A stretch of DNA of 64,000 nucleotides from Dehalococcoidia bacterium (lineage in GTDB: Bacteria; Chloroflexota; Dehalococcoidia; UBA2979). A program made the translations under genes and the position numbers. The DNA lies in contig CAXXDN010000001.1 in assembly GCA_963667465.2 (NCBI GenBank), positions 480,001-544,000 on the forward strand, read 5' to 3'. The notes below the pieces were generated by a model, which ran no database searches, was not told the DNA's origin, and saw nothing but the letters and a program-made list of their open reading frames with translations. This document shows, piece after piece, positions 42,071 to 52,724 of this stretch; the first letter of the stretch is position 1, and each line of letters begins with the position of its first letter.

Positions 42071-42937
42071 CTACCCTCCTGCCCGCTCGACGGCGCGCCG
42101 CAGGGCTCGCAGGGTGAGCACCCGCACCATGTCTCGCTTGTACTCCTCGGAGCCGCGCAGGTCGGCAGCCGGATCCGAGGCGGCCGCCGCCAGGTCGGCG
42201 GCGGCGCGCAGCGCGTCGTCGTCGAGGCTGCTGCCGATCAGCGCGTCCTCGGCCTCGCTCGCGCGGATCGTCGTCGGGCCGACGGCGGTGAGGCCGATGC
42301 CTGCCGCGCTGCAGCTGCCGTTCGAGCGCGTGATCTGCACTGCGACAGCCGCCGTCGCGAAGTCGCCGACCTTGCGCTCGAGCTTCTCGTAGGCGCCCCC
42401 GCTCCCGTCCGTGGGCTGGGGCACGCGCACCTCGGTGAGGATCTCGCCCTCATCGAGCGTGGTCATGAACGGGCCGAGCAGCAGCTCGTCGATCGACAGC
42501 GTGCGAGCGCCGCCGGGCCCGGCGACGCCGACCGCGGCGCCCAGCGCGGTCATCACCGCGCCGAGGTCGCCCGCCGGGTCGGCGTGGGCGAGCGAGCCGC
42601 CGGTCGTGCCGCGGTTGCGCACCAGCGGGTCCGCGATCACTGCGGCGGCGTCCGCAATCAGCGGGTAGCGCGAGGCGATCAGCTCCGAGCGCTCCAGCGC
42701 CGAGTGGCGCGTCAGCGCGCCGATGCGCAGCTGCCCGTCGGACTCCTCGATGCCGCTCAACGAGTCGACCGCGTTGAGGTCGACGAGGACGGCCGGGGAG
42801 GCGAGCCGCAGCTTCATCAGCGGGATAAGGCTCTGGCCGCCGGCCAGCACCCGTGCGTCGGAGCCATGCTCCGCGAGTAGTGCCAGCGCCTCGTCCAGCG
42901 TCGAGGGGGCGTGGTATTCGAACTGTCCGGGAATCAT
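42071..42937 (-). CDS. coxM: CO dehydrogenase medium (FAD) subunit
   Basis: [33 protein letters not shown]. Confidence 0.95.
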   Translation of the reverse strand: MIPGQFEYHAPSTLDEALALLAEHGSDARVLAGGQSLIPLMKLRLASPAVLVDLNAVDSLSGIEESDGQLRIGALTRHSALERSELIASRYPLIADAAAVIADPLVRNRGTTGGSLAHADPAGDLGAVMTALGAAVGVAGPGGARTLSIDELLLGPFMTTLDEGEILTEVRVPQPTDGSGGAYEKLERKVGDFATAAVAVQITRSNGSCSAAGIGLTAVGPTTIRASEAEDALIGSSLDDDALRAAADLAAAASDPAADLRGSEEYKRDMVRVLTLRALRRAVERAGG

Positions 42938-43029
42938 CGGGTACTCCTTGGCGTTCGCCCGGGCGGATGCTACAAGGCAATCACGAGTCTAGTAGGAACC
43001 GGCCCGCTTGTGGGCGAGGAGCAGGTGCG

Positions 43030-43476
43030 ATGGAGATCAAGATCGAGAAGACCTTCAAGGTGAACGCGCCGATCGATCGTGTCTGGGACTTCCTCACGGA
43101 CCCCGCGCAGGTCGTCCAGTGCATGCCCGGCGCTGAGCTGGACGAGGTGATCGACGAGCGCAACGTCCGCGGCCGCGTCGGGGTGAAGGTCGGACCCGTC
43201 GAGGCCCGCTACCGTGGCCAGGCGACCTTCGAGGAGCTCGACGAGGAGAACCACCGCATCCGCGTGGTCGGCCAGGGCATGGGCGACGGCAGCGCCGACA
43301 TGCAGCTGGCGGGCGAGCTGCGCTCCCTCGACGACGGCAGCACGGAGGCCGAGTTCGCGGCGCTCGTCAACGTCGGCGGCCGCATGGCGCAGGTCGGCTC
43401 GCGGCTGATCAAGTTCGTATCGGACCGGCTCTTCGACCAGTTCGTCTCACGCGTCCGTGAGCACGTCGAGACGTAG
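43030..43476 (+). CDS. coxG: CoxG / SRPBCC family protein
   Basis: VWDFLTDP..CMPGA..KVGPV..GRMAQVGSRL, divergent from coxM. Confidence 0.85.
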   Translation: MEIKIEKTFKVNAPIDRVWDFLTDPAQVVQCMPGAELDEVIDERNVRGRVGVKVGPVEARYRGQATFEELDEENHRIRVVGQGMGDGSADMQLAGELRSLDDGSTEAEFAALVNVGGRMAQVGSRLIKFVSDRLFDQFVSRVREHVET

Positions 43477-43533
43477 CTGCGGCACGGTTCAGGCAGCCGC
43501 CGCAATGCGTGGCGATCTCAGGCCGGGGGCCGG

Positions 43534-44721
43534 TCACTCTGCAGGATCCAGCGGGAGCGTGGCCGGGTCGTCCGCGCCGAGCAGGATGCTGCCGACCGAC
43601 TCGTAGTGGTCCCTCGAGGCTGCAACGTGCTGCTTCGCCACATTGAGGTCACGGAGAGCGCGCTCGATGCGATGCTCGGTGAATATGGCATTGCTGCCCG
43701 CGGCGTCGTAGAGCAGTTGCACCGCTCGCAGCGCCTCATGCGCCGAGTGCATCAGCGCCAGCCGCGCGACCCAGATGCGCCTCAGCGCGTCGGGCGCGTC
43801 CTCGTTTGCCGCGACCCAGGCCGCCTCGACCGCCTCGAGCAGGAAAGCGCGGGCGCTGCGCACGATCGCCTCGGCCTCGGCGATTGCGCGTTGCACATGC
43901 GGGCGGTTGCGCAGCAGCGTGGTCGAGTGCTTCGAAGCGTGCGTCTGGGCGAGCGCGGTCAGATCCTCGATTACGCCGCGAGCGATGCCCAGCGAGTTGC
44001 CACCGTGCAGCGACCAGCCCCACGTGCCGGCGTACGGCCTGCGGTAGCGCGGGCCGGGGAACGCTGCAGGGTCGGCGTACCACATCGTTCGCTCGGCCGG
44101 GACGAAGCGGTCGCGCACGACGAAGTCGTTGCTGCCCGTGCCGCGCATGCCCATGACGTTCCACGTATCGAGGACCTCGCCGTCCCCGTGCGGGATGAAC
44201 GCGATGCGCTGCAGCGGTTCACCGTCCGCGCCAACGCGCCGTTCGCCGCCGCGGCGGTCGAGGATCCAGCAGCCCCCGAGGATCCAGTTGGAGTGCATGA
44301 CCCCGCTGACGAAGTCCCAGTGTCCGTCGATCAGGTAGCCGCCCTCGACCTCGACGGCGGTTCCCTGGGGCAGATTTGCGCCGCCGACCATGATGTCCGT
44401 GACGCCGCGACTCTCGAGGGCGCGCATGCCCGCGATCGCCTCGGAGGAGAGCCAGCCGAGCAGCGCCGACTCGAACGATCCGTTCTGTGCCAGCCAGCCC
44501 GCAGAGCCGTCGGCGCTCGCGATCAGCTCGACGGCGCGAATGGCGGTGGTGGGCTCGGCCTCCGCGCCGCCGTAGGCAGCGGGCGCCAGCAGGGTGAACA
44601 GCCTGGCCTCGGCCATGGCGTCAACGATCTCGTCCGGCAGCTGGCGCTCGGCCTCGATCGTGTCGGCGGCGGCACGGATTCGGGGCGCGATCGCCGCTGC
44701 CGCAGCTACGACATCGAACAT
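43534..44721 (-). CDS. Acyl-CoA dehydrogenase-fold flavin-dependent monooxygenase (HsaA/HpaB-like)
   Basis: EAERQLP, DGSAGW, GHWDFVSG, DTWNVMGMRGTGSND, IERALRD. Confidence 0.85.
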   Translation of the reverse strand: MFDVVAAAAAIAPRIRAAADTIEAERQLPDEIVDAMAEARLFTLLAPAAYGGAEAEPTTAIRAVELIASADGSAGWLAQNGSFESALLGWLSSEAIAGMRALESRGVTDIMVGGANLPQGTAVEVEGGYLIDGHWDFVSGVMHSNWILGGCWILDRRGGERRVGADGEPLQRIAFIPHGDGEVLDTWNVMGMRGTGSNDFVVRDRFVPAERTMWYADPAAFPGPRYRRPYAGTWGWSLHGGNSLGIARGVIEDLTALAQTHASKHSTTLLRNRPHVQRAIAEAEAIVRSARAFLLEAVEAAWVAANEDAPDALRRIWVARLALMHSAHEALRAVQLLYDAAGSNAIFTEHRIERALRDLNVAKQHVAASRDHYESVGSILLGADDPATLPLDPAE

Positions 44722-44796
44722 GGGACGCCGAGCATAGCAGCCGGGGTGCCCGCGTACGCCGCCGTCGCTACCAGGGTGGAGTCTCAGGCGGCCCCG

Positions 44797-46221
44797 CTAC
44801 AGCGTGACGCCGGCGAGGGCCTGGCCCTGTTCGATCGCCTGGCGGACCTGCGAGGCCGAGGGCAGCTCGGCGTAGATGCGGAGCAGCGGCTCGGTGCCGC
44901 TGAAGCGCAGCAGCAGCCACCAGCCGCCCTCGAGGGTGAAGCGGTAGCCGTCCAGCGTGTCGCGTGCGACGACGCGCAGCCCCGCGATCTCCGAGGGCGT
45001 CGCGGCTGCTGCCTGTTCCGCGATCGCGTCGCGCTCCTCCTCGCGCAGGGTGACGTCGACGCGGTCGTACGCGTGCGGTCCGAGCTCGGCGTACAGCTCG
45101 GCGAGGAGCTGCGAGGCCGGCTTGCCGGTCTGCACCATGTAGTCGAGCAGCAGCAGTCCGGACAGTACGCCATCGCGCTCCGGGATGTGGCCGCGGAAGG
45201 CGTAGCCGCCCGACTCCTCGCCGGCAACGACGGCGTCCTCCTTGATCATCCTCGGACCGAGGTGCTTGAAGCCGACCGGCGTCTCGATGACGGGGCAGCC
45301 GTGGCGCTCGCCGAGCAGGTCGACCATCCGCGTCGTCGTGATGGAGCGCACGATTGCGCCGCGCTCGCCGCGCACCTCCAGCAGGTAGCGTACGAGCAGC
45401 GCAAAGACCTGCAACTGGTTGAGGAAGCGCCCCTGCTCGTCGACCAGCCCGAAGCGGTCGCCGTCGCCGTCCGTCGCGAGGCCCACGTCGTGCCCGCCGC
45501 CCTCGAGCAGCCGCATCAGCGCGCCGAGGTTGGGCGCGATCGGCTCCGGCGCGCGCATACCCGGGAAGGCCGGGTTCGGCTCGCCGTGCAGCTCGTGCAC
45601 GGTGGTCTCGCCCTCGCCGATCGCCGCCGCCGTCAGCCCGCCCGCCGCGCCGTACATCGAGTCGACCACGACGCGCAGTCCGGCCTCGCGGATGCGTTCG
45701 AGGTCCACGAACTCGCGCAGCGCGGCGAGATAGGGCGGATTCGGGTCGAAGCGCTCGATCTTCGCTGCGGCGCCCCCGTTCGCGCCGCCCGCCGCCCCGC
45801 CGCCGTCGAGGATGGCGGGCACGGCCTCCTCGATCTCACGCGTGATCTCGGGCGGGGCGGAGTTGCCGGAGGCCTGTTTGACCTTGAAGCCGTTCCAGCG
45901 CGCCGGGTTGTGGCTGGCCGTGATCACCACGCCCGCCGCCGCGCCGCGGTCGAGCACCGCGTGCGATAGCGCGGGCGTCGGCGCGGCCCTCGATCCGAGC
46001 GCGACGGCGATGCCGTTGGCGGCGAGGACCTCGGCGGTCGCGTTGGCGAAGGCGGCGGAGAGGAAGCGCGTGTCGTAGCCGACGACCACACCGCTGCGGC
46101 CTTGCCCCGTGCGGCGCAGCCAGCCGGCCGTCGCCTGCGCGACCGCGCGCACGTGCTCGAAGGTGTAGTCCTCGGCGATGACGGCGCGCCAGCCGTCCGT
46201 GCCGAAGCGGATCTCGGCCAT
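44797..46221 (-). CDS. Phosphoglucomutase/phosphomannomutase
   Basis: FGTDGWR, TASHNP, DGDGDR, GEESGG, RFSGTEP. Confidence 0.95.
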   Translation of the reverse strand: MAEIRFGTDGWRAVIAEDYTFEHVRAVAQATAGWLRRTGQGRSGVVVGYDTRFLSAAFANATAEVLAANGIAVALGSRAAPTPALSHAVLDRGAAAGVVITASHNPARWNGFKVKQASGNSAPPEITREIEEAVPAILDGGGAAGGANGGAAAKIERFDPNPPYLAALREFVDLERIREAGLRVVVDSMYGAAGGLTAAAIGEGETTVHELHGEPNPAFPGMRAPEPIAPNLGALMRLLEGGGHDVGLATDGDGDRFGLVDEQGRFLNQLQVFALLVRYLLEVRGERGAIVRSITTTRMVDLLGERHGCPVIETPVGFKHLGPRMIKEDAVVAGEESGGYAFRGHIPERDGVLSGLLLLDYMVQTGKPASQLLAELYAELGPHAYDRVDVTLREEERDAIAEQAAAATPSEIAGLRVVARDTLDGYRFTLEGGWWLLLRFSGTEPLLRIYAELPSASQVRQAIEQGQALAGVTL

Positions 46222-47360
46222 CAGGCCTCGCCCCCCGCTCCGAGGGCTGACGCGGCGAGTACCCCGCCGTCGCGGTAGCCGTCCTCCGGGTCCAGCAGCG
46301 TCCCGGTGGGTGGCCGCTCGCCGGCCTCGACGGCTGCGCCGTGGGCGAGCACGACACCCTCGAGGACCGCGCCCGCGCCGACGTGCGCGCCCTCGGCCAG
46401 CACCGAGTCGCGCACCCGCGCGCCCTCGCCGATCTCGACGCCGTCCCAGAGCACGCTGCCGGCCACCGTCGCGCCGCGCCCGATCGCGCAGCCCGCCCCG
46501 GCCACCACGCCGCCCTCGAGGATCGCGCCCGCGCCGACGCGGGTCCCGGCGCCGAGCAGCGCCGGGCCCTCGATGCGTGCGTCCGCGGCGAGCTCCGCCG
46601 CGCCGATCGCGCGCCCGTCCTCGGGCCAGCCCGCGGGCAGCAGCGCCGGAGCCGCACCCGTGAGGAGATCGAGGTTGGTTTGCAGGTAGGCCGCGGGGTT
46701 GCCGACATCGGCCCAGTAGCCCTCGTGGCGGTGGCCGAAGATGCCGCGTCCGTGTGCGGCGAGGTCGGGGAACAGCTCGTCCTCCACCCGGTTGAAGCGG
46801 TCGGCGTCAGGCATGCGCCCGACGGTGGACTCGAAGAGCCAGAGCCCGGCGTTGATCAGCCTCGAGGGCGCCTCCTCGCGCGGCGGCTTCTCGACGAAGC
46901 GCGTGATGCGCGCGCCCTCGCCGAGCACGACCACGCCGAAGCGCGAGGGGTCCTCGACCTCGAAGAGCGCGAGCGAGAGCTCGGCCCCGCGCTGCCGGTG
47001 CGTCTCTGCGAAGGCGCCGAGGTCAATGTCGCTGACAATGTCGCCGTTGCAGACGAGGAAGGGCTCATCCCAGCCCCCCGAGGCGTTGGCGATCGCACCG
47101 CCGGAGCCGAGCGGTTCGCCCTCGAAGACGCACTTGATCTCAAGGCCGGGCGGCGCGGCGTCGCCGCTGAACGCGGTCTCGATCGCCGCGTTGCGCTCGG
47201 TCATCGCGAAGGTGATGCGCTCGAAGCCGTGGCTACGCAGGGCGTCGAGCAGGTAGGAGAGGAGCGGGCGGTTGAGGATCGGGACGAGCTGCTTCGGCGT
47301 CCGCCACGAGAGCGGGCGCAGTCGCGTCCCCTTGCCGCCGATGAGCACGATCGCGCGCAC
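46221..47360 (-). CDS. NDP-sugar pyrophosphorylase (mannose-1-phosphate guanylyltransferase-like) with LbH tail
   Basis: GGKGTRLRPL..PK, CNGD, FVEKP, YWADVG and hexapeptide repeats. GTG start at 47360. Confidence 0.9.
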   Translation of the reverse strand: MRAIVLIGGKGTRLRPLSWRTPKQLVPILNRPLLSYLLDALRSHGFERITFAMTERNAAIETAFSGDAAPPGLEIKCVFEGEPLGSGGAIANASGGWDEPFLVCNGDIVSDIDLGAFAETHRQRGAELSLALFEVEDPSRFGVVVLGEGARITRFVEKPPREEAPSRLINAGLWLFESTVGRMPDADRFNRVEDELFPDLAAHGRGIFGHRHEGYWADVGNPAAYLQTNLDLLTGAAPALLPAGWPEDGRAIGAAELAADARIEGPALLGAGTRVGAGAILEGGVVAGAGCAIGRGATVAGSVLWDGVEIGEGARVRDSVLAEGAHVGAGAVLEGVVLAHGAAVEAGERPPTGTLLDPEDGYRDGGVLAASALGAGGEA

Positions 47361-47520
47361 GGCGGGGATCGTACACCGCACCCCGCCCGCTGGGTATTGA
47401 GCGCTGGGTCGCGCGGTGGTCGCCGAAGCAGTCGATCGATCCCACGGATGAGGATTCGGTGTAGCGTCCAAGGCCGCGATTGGGTTGACCAGGACTAGCC
47501 GGAGTGTCCGATTCGCCCGT

Positions 47521-47550
47521 TTGACAATCGGTTGGACGCGTGCTGATACT
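47521..47550 (+). promoter_or_regulatory. sigma70 promoter upstream of NYN locus
   Basis: TTGACA (47521-47526), 18 bp, GATACT (47545-47550). Confidence 0.6.
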
Positions 47551-47555
47551 CGCGA

Positions 47556-47625
47556 CACCCCTCCGGGGGTAAATCCTCCCCGCCGTCCACTGCCTCAGGT
47601 GGTGAACTGGCGGGGTTATCTATGT
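47556..47625 (+). ncRNA. Putative small structured RNA / attenuator upstream of NYN gene
   Basis: Hairpin ACCCC-UCCG-GGGGU (47557-47570), then long hairpin CCCCGCC..GGCGGGG (47578-47615) followed by UUAUCUAUGU. Confidence 0.45.
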
Positions 47626-47641
47626 AGGGCATCCCGTCACT

Positions 47642-48253
47642 ATGGCAGATCGAGTCGCAGTGTTCGTCGATATGCAGAACGTGTACGGGGGAGCGCGCCG
47701 CACCTTCTACTCCGGCGTCTCCGCTCACCACACCGACGGTCAGATTGACCCGTTGGCTCTCGGTAATCTGATCTGCAGCCGCCCGCCACCGGGACTCACG
47801 CGTACTCTGGGCGAAGTCCGCGTCTACACCGGGCGGCCCGAATCGACCAAAGAGCCGAAAACGTATGGGGCGCACATGCGCCAGTGCGAGGCGTGGGAAC
47901 GAGCGGGAGCCGTCGTCATCCCCAGGCCACTGCGCTACCCAGGCGACTGGCCAGCTACCCGAGCCGAACAGAAGGGCGTGGATGTCCAGCTTGCCATCGA
48001 CTTCGTGGCGGGGGCGATCGACGATCGATACGATGTTGGGGTGGTGTTCTCGACTGATACCGACCTGCGACCGGCGCTGGAGTTCGTCACCGACCGTTTC
48101 GAACGGTATCCGCGTGCTGAAGTTGCGGCGTGGCGTGGTTCTGGCGCCAATCGCGCACTTCGCGTGCGCGGTGGTCGACGTAGCACGTGGGTGCATTACC
48201 TCGATTGGGACGACTACCTGGCAACTCGCGACCGAACCGACTATCTCCTGTAG
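47642..48253 (+). CDS. NYN (PIN-like/LabA) domain putative ribonuclease
   Basis: VAVFVDMQN, VRVY, EQKGVDVQLAID, STDTDLRPAL acidic catalytic motifs. Confidence 0.9.
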   Translation: MADRVAVFVDMQNVYGGARRTFYSGVSAHHTDGQIDPLALGNLICSRPPPGLTRTLGEVRVYTGRPESTKEPKTYGAHMRQCEAWERAGAVVIPRPLRYPGDWPATRAEQKGVDVQLAIDFVAGAIDDRYDVGVVFSTDTDLRPALEFVTDRFERYPRAEVAAWRGSGANRALRVRGGRRSTWVHYLDWDDYLATRDRTDYLL

Positions 48254-48282
48254 ACCTGAAACCGGCTCTTGCAGTCGTTGCG

Positions 48283-49512
48283 CTACCCGCCGAGGGCGTC
48301 GAGGCCCGCGCTCTGGCGCAGCGCGTCCACCGTGTCCAGCTTCTCCCACGGCAGGTCGAGCAGCGGGCGGCCGAAGTGCCCGTAGGCCGCGGTCTGCTGG
48401 TAGATCGGGCGGCGCAGCTCGAAGCGGTCGATGATCGCCGCGGGGCGCAGGTCGAAGTGCTCATCGATCAGCCGCACGAGGTCCGCGTCGGGCAGCTTTC
48501 CCGTCCCGAACGTCTCGATCGCAACCGAGGTGGGCTGCGCCACGCCGATCGCGTACGAGACCTGGACCTCGATGCGGCCGGCCAGCCCCGCCCCGACGAT
48601 GTTCCGCGCGACGTGCCGGGCGGCGTAGGAGGCGGAGCGGTCCACCTTCGTCGGATCCTTGCCGCTGAAGGCGCCGCCGCCGTGGCGGGCGATGCCGCCG
48701 TAGGTGTCGACGATGATCTTGCGGCCCGTCAGCCCGGCGTCGCTGGCCGGCCCACCCGACACGAAGCGCCCGGTCGGGTTCACGAAGATCTTGTCCTCGT
48801 CGAGCCCGGCCAGCAGGTCGTCCGGGCAGACGTATTCGATCACGAGCTTGCGCACGTCCTCGCGCAGCTGCTCGATGGGCACGTCCGGATCATGCTGCGT
48901 GGAGACGACGACGGCCTCGAGGCGCTTGGGGACGCCGTACTCGTACTCGATCGTGACCTGCGACTTGCCGTCGGGGCGCAGGTAGGGCAGCACGCCGCTC
49001 TTGCGCAGCGCCGCCAGCCGCTGCGCGAGCCGGTGCGCGAGCCAGAGCGTGAGCGGGATGTGATCGGGAGTCTCGTCGCAGGCGAAGCCGATCATCATTC
49101 CCTGGTCGCCCGCGCCAATCTGGTCGTACACGTCCTCCGAGCCACGCTCGCGCGCCTCGATTGCGGCGTCCACACCGCGTGCGATGTCGCTGGCCTGCTC
49201 CTTGAGCGAGGAGATAACACCGCAGGTCCGCCAGTCGAAGCCGACCTCGGAGTCGTCGTAGCCGACCTCGCGGATGGTCTGGCGCACGACGTCCTGGAGG
49301 TCGACCCAGGATGTCGTGCTGACCTCGCCGAAGACGAACACCAGGCCGGTGTTGACGGCCGTTTCGCAGGCCACGCGGGCGTTGGGATCGCCCTCGATCA
49401 GCGCGTCGAGCACGGCGTCCGAGATCTGGTCGCAGAGCTTGTCCGGGTGCCCCTCGGTAACTGACTCGCTGGTCAGCAGCAAGGACGGCGAGTCGAAGAA
49501 GGTGTTGCTCAT
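48283..49512 (-). CDS. metK: S-adenosylmethionine synthetase
   Basis: [26 protein letters not shown]. Confidence 0.98.
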   Translation of the reverse strand: MSNTFFDSPSLLLTSESVTEGHPDKLCDQISDAVLDALIEGDPNARVACETAVNTGLVFVFGEVSTTSWVDLQDVVRQTIREVGYDDSEVGFDWRTCGVISSLKEQASDIARGVDAAIEARERGSEDVYDQIGAGDQGMMIGFACDETPDHIPLTLWLAHRLAQRLAALRKSGVLPYLRPDGKSQVTIEYEYGVPKRLEAVVVSTQHDPDVPIEQLREDVRKLVIEYVCPDDLLAGLDEDKIFVNPTGRFVSGGPASDAGLTGRKIIVDTYGGIARHGGGAFSGKDPTKVDRSASYAARHVARNIVGAGLAGRIEVQVSYAIGVAQPTSVAIETFGTGKLPDADLVRLIDEHFDLRPAAIIDRFELRRPIYQQTAAYGHFGRPLLDLPWEKLDTVDALRQSAGLDALGG

Positions 49513-49584
49513 GCCCCCTGCCTTCCGCGCGTCTCTGCCCCCGATTGGACCGCAGTTCTGCCGCAGCCGCCATCACTGCGGCGC

Positions 49585-50868
49585 TCAGGCGGTGCCCAGC
49601 TCCCACGAGCGCAGGTAGTGCTCCTGCTCCTCCGTCAGCGTATCGATCGCCACGCCCATCGCCGCCAGCTTGAGGCGCGCGACCTCCTCGTCGATCTCGC
49701 GCGGTACGTCGTACACGCCTGGCCCGAGGCTCGCGTGCTGGCTCGCGAGGTATTCGAGGCAGAGCGCCTGGTTCGCGAACGACATGTCCATCACGCTCGC
49801 CGGGTGCCCCTCCGCCGCGCCGAGGTTGATCAGCCGCCCCTCGGCCAGCACCACCAGTTGACGCCCGTCGCTCAGCGTCCACTCCTCGACGAACGGGCGC
49901 AGCTCGCGCCTCGCCTCCGTCATCGCCGCGAGCGCCTCGAGGTTGATCTCGGCGTCGAAGTGGCCGGAGTTGGCGAGGATCGCGCCGCTCCGCATCGCCT
50001 CGAACGCCGGGCGGTCGATTACGTTGATGTCGCCCGTCGCCGTTACGAAGATGTCGCCCTCGGCCGCCGCATCGGCGATCGGCATGACGCGGTAGCCGTC
50101 GAGCAGCGCCTCCAGGGCGCGCGTCGGTTGGACCTCGGTGACGACCACGTGTGCGCCGTGTCCCTGCGCGCGCATCGCGATGCCGCGCCCGCACCAGCCG
50201 TAGCCGCAGACCACAACGGTCTTGCCCGCCAGCAGGATGTTGGTCGCGCGGATGATGCCGTCGAGGGTGGACTGGCCGGTACCGTAGCGATTGTCGAAGA
50301 AGCGCTTCGTCTCCGCCTCGTTGACGGCGACGATCGGGTAGCCGAGCGCGTCGTCGTCCGCCATCGCGCGCAGCCGGATCACCCCGGTCGTCGTCTCCTC
50401 GGTTCCGCCGGCGACGCCGTCGAGGAGGTCGCGTCGCTCGCGGTGCAGCAGCGCGGTCAGGTCCGCGCCGTCGTCGATCGTCAGTTGCGGCCCGACGCCC
50501 GGCGCGTGCTCGATCGCGAGGTCGAGGTGGCGGAAGTAGGTGGGGTGATCCTCGCCCTTGATCGCGAAGGTCGGCACGCCGTACTCGGCGACGAGTGCGG
50601 CTGCCACGTCGTCCTGCGTGGAGAGCGGATTCGAGGCGGCGAGCCGCGTCTCCGCGCCGCCGTCGCGCAGCGCCAGCAGCAGGTTCGCGGTCTCCGTGGT
50701 GACGTGGGCGCAGGTGCTGACGCGCAGGCCCTCGAGGGGGCGCTCGGCGGAGAAGCGCTCGCGGATCCGGGCCACGACGGGCATCTCGCGCGCCGCCCAC
50801 TCGATGCGGCGTACGCCCGCGGCAGCGAGTCCGGGGTCGGCGATCTCGCCGGCGGTCGCGTTGCTCAT
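49585..50868 (-). CDS. ahcY: Adenosylhomocysteinase
   Basis: [43 protein letters not shown]. Confidence 0.97.
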   Translation of the reverse strand: MSNATAGEIADPGLAAAGVRRIEWAAREMPVVARIRERFSAERPLEGLRVSTCAHVTTETANLLLALRDGGAETRLAASNPLSTQDDVAAALVAEYGVPTFAIKGEDHPTYFRHLDLAIEHAPGVGPQLTIDDGADLTALLHRERRDLLDGVAGGTEETTTGVIRLRAMADDDALGYPIVAVNEAETKRFFDNRYGTGQSTLDGIIRATNILLAGKTVVVCGYGWCGRGIAMRAQGHGAHVVVTEVQPTRALEALLDGYRVMPIADAAAEGDIFVTATGDINVIDRPAFEAMRSGAILANSGHFDAEINLEALAAMTEARRELRPFVEEWTLSDGRQLVVLAEGRLINLGAAEGHPASVMDMSFANQALCLEYLASQHASLGPGVYDVPREIDEEVARLKLAAMGVAIDTLTEEQEHYLRSWELGTA

Positions 50869-50892
50869 CGATTCCTCCCGACGGGTGCCACC

Positions 50893-51822
50893 TTACGTGC
50901 CGGGCGCGACGCGCACGAGGCGCTCGCCGTCCGGGCCGCGCTGCGCGAAGCGACGCCGCAGCAGCGCGCCCAGCCCGAGCCCGTCGCGGCGCTGGAAGCG
51001 CGCCTCGTGCACCGGCGCGCCCCGCACGTAGCCGAGTCGCTCGTAGGCGCGCAGCGCAGGGGCGTTCTCCGGGTCGACGGTCAGCGTCACTTGCCAGCAG
51101 CCGCGCTCCAGCAGATCGGCCGTGACCGCCGAGGTGACGCGCGTCGCGAGCCCACGCCCGCGTGCGGAGGTGCGCGTGAAGACGTTGCCGACCACAGCGA
51201 TACCCATGCCGGGCGAGACGAGGTGCGTCCCCGCGACGGCGGCGAGCGAGCCGCCCTCGAAGACGCCATGGTAGACGCCCTGCTCGATGTGCTCGCCGCG
51301 GTAGCCGGTGGGGCCGCCGCCGGTCGCGTAGAGCGCGTTCAGCTGGCGCGCGTCGCGCGCCGTGAGGCGCTGCACGGAGCGCTGGCCGATGCCCGTACCG
51401 GCCGGGCGGAAGCTGTCGGCGTCGACGGACATGCGGATCATCGAGATCAGACCGCCGAGCGTGTAGACGCCGCGCAGCGCCGGCAGGTGCTCCGGGGCGC
51501 AGGTTGCGAGGTAGCCGCCTCGCGGGCCCGGGTGCAGGGACAACGTCGCGGCGGCCGCGGCCGGGTCGCCGCTGATCACGCTCATCTTGCCCAGCGAGCC
51601 GTTGGCGTGCATCACCACCGCGTGCTCGCCGGCCGGCCCTTCCGCCGTCCAGAACCGCGCAGCGGCGAAGAGCCCGCTATCGAGGTGGCCGAGCGCGAAC
51701 GCAGCGTGGGCGCGGTCCTCGCCCAGCAGGGCGAGCAGGCGCTGGTTGTCGCGCTCCTCGTGAACGCGGTAGAGCGCGGCGTCGTCCGCGGCGGCGCGAT
51801 CGTGCGAGAGCGTGCGCGTCAT
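50893..51822 (-). CDS. GNAT family acetyltransferase (FR47-like)
   Basis: GNVFTRTSARGRGLA, NAPALRAYERLGY. Confidence 0.85.
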   Translation of the reverse strand: MTRTLSHDRAAADDAALYRVHEERDNQRLLALLGEDRAHAAFALGHLDSGLFAAARFWTAEGPAGEHAVVMHANGSLGKMSVISGDPAAAAATLSLHPGPRGGYLATCAPEHLPALRGVYTLGGLISMIRMSVDADSFRPAGTGIGQRSVQRLTARDARQLNALYATGGGPTGYRGEHIEQGVYHGVFEGGSLAAVAGTHLVSPGMGIAVVGNVFTRTSARGRGLATRVTSAVTADLLERGCWQVTLTVDPENAPALRAYERLGYVRGAPVHEARFQRRDGLGLGALLRRRFAQRGPDGERLVRVAPGT

Positions 51823-52703
51823 GGCTCGTCCGGCGGCTCGCCGTGGTAGCGCCGCAGCAGCAGCGCGAGCCGCCGTCGCGTCTCCAGTGGCACGAGATCG
51901 GGCGACGTCACCAGTGCCGAGGCGAGCGCGTCGCCGCAGCCGCAGTCCCCGCGCTCGCCCAGTCCGGCGACCGTCCGCACCAGCGCCTGGCGGCCGCGCG
52001 CGGCGTTCCTCGCGAGGTTCTCCAACACCATGTCGGCGCTCACGTCCTCCTCCGATTCGCGCCAGACGTCGTAGTCGGTGACGAAGCAGAGCGCGGCGTA
52101 GCAGAGCTCGGCCTCGCGGGCGAGCTTCGCCTCCGGGAGCGCTGTCATGCCGATGATCGTGCCGCCGGCGTCACGGTTGATGCGCGCCTCGGCGCGCGTC
52201 GAGAACGACGGCCCCTCGCTCACCACCAGCGCGCCGCCTCGATGCGTCGTGACGCCGCTCGCCTCGGCTGCGTCGGCCAGCGCTGCCGCGAGGTCGGCGC
52301 AGAACGGGTCGGCGAAGCCGATGTGCGCGACCATGCCGTCGCCGAAGAAGGTGTGCGGCCGCTGCCAGTTCGTCCGGTCGATGATCTGGTCGGGCGTCAC
52401 GGCGTGCAGCGGCTCGATCTGCTCGCGCAGCGAGCCGACGGCGGAGAGCGAAATCACGCGCTGCGCGCCGAGCTGCTTGAGCGCGTGGATGTTGGCGCGC
52501 GCGGGCACCTCGGAGGGCAGCAGGCGGTGCCCCTCGCCGTGCCGCGCGATGAAGGCGATGCGCCGGCCCTCGATCGTTCCGGCGACGATCGGCCCGCTTG
52601 GCGCGCCGAAGGGCGTCTCGACCTCGAGCCGCTCGGCACCGCGCAGCTCCTCGAGCTGGTAGAAGCCGGACCCGCCGATAACGCCGATCTCCGCCGTGCT
52701 CAT
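51819..52703 (-). CDS. mtnP: S-methyl-5'-thioadenosine phosphorylase
   Basis: IGVIGGSG, RHG..H, EGPSFSTRAE, GMTALPEAKLARE, TDYD. Confidence 0.95.
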   Translation of the reverse strand: MSTAEIGVIGGSGFYQLEELRGAERLEVETPFGAPSGPIVAGTIEGRRIAFIARHGEGHRLLPSEVPARANIHALKQLGAQRVISLSAVGSLREQIEPLHAVTPDQIIDRTNWQRPHTFFGDGMVAHIGFADPFCADLAAALADAAEASGVTTHRGGALVVSEGPSFSTRAEARINRDAGGTIIGMTALPEAKLAREAELCYAALCFVTDYDVWRESEEDVSADMVLENLARNAARGRQALVRTVAGLGERGDCGCGDALASALVTSPDLVPLETRRRLALLLRRYHGEPPDEP

Positions 52704-52724
52704 GCCTGATCCTCCATGTTGCCG

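Noticed and set aside
50869-50892. SAH/SAM riboswitch before ahcY or metK
   Set aside because: The intergenic gaps are very short, the genes are operon-internal and no motif is seen.
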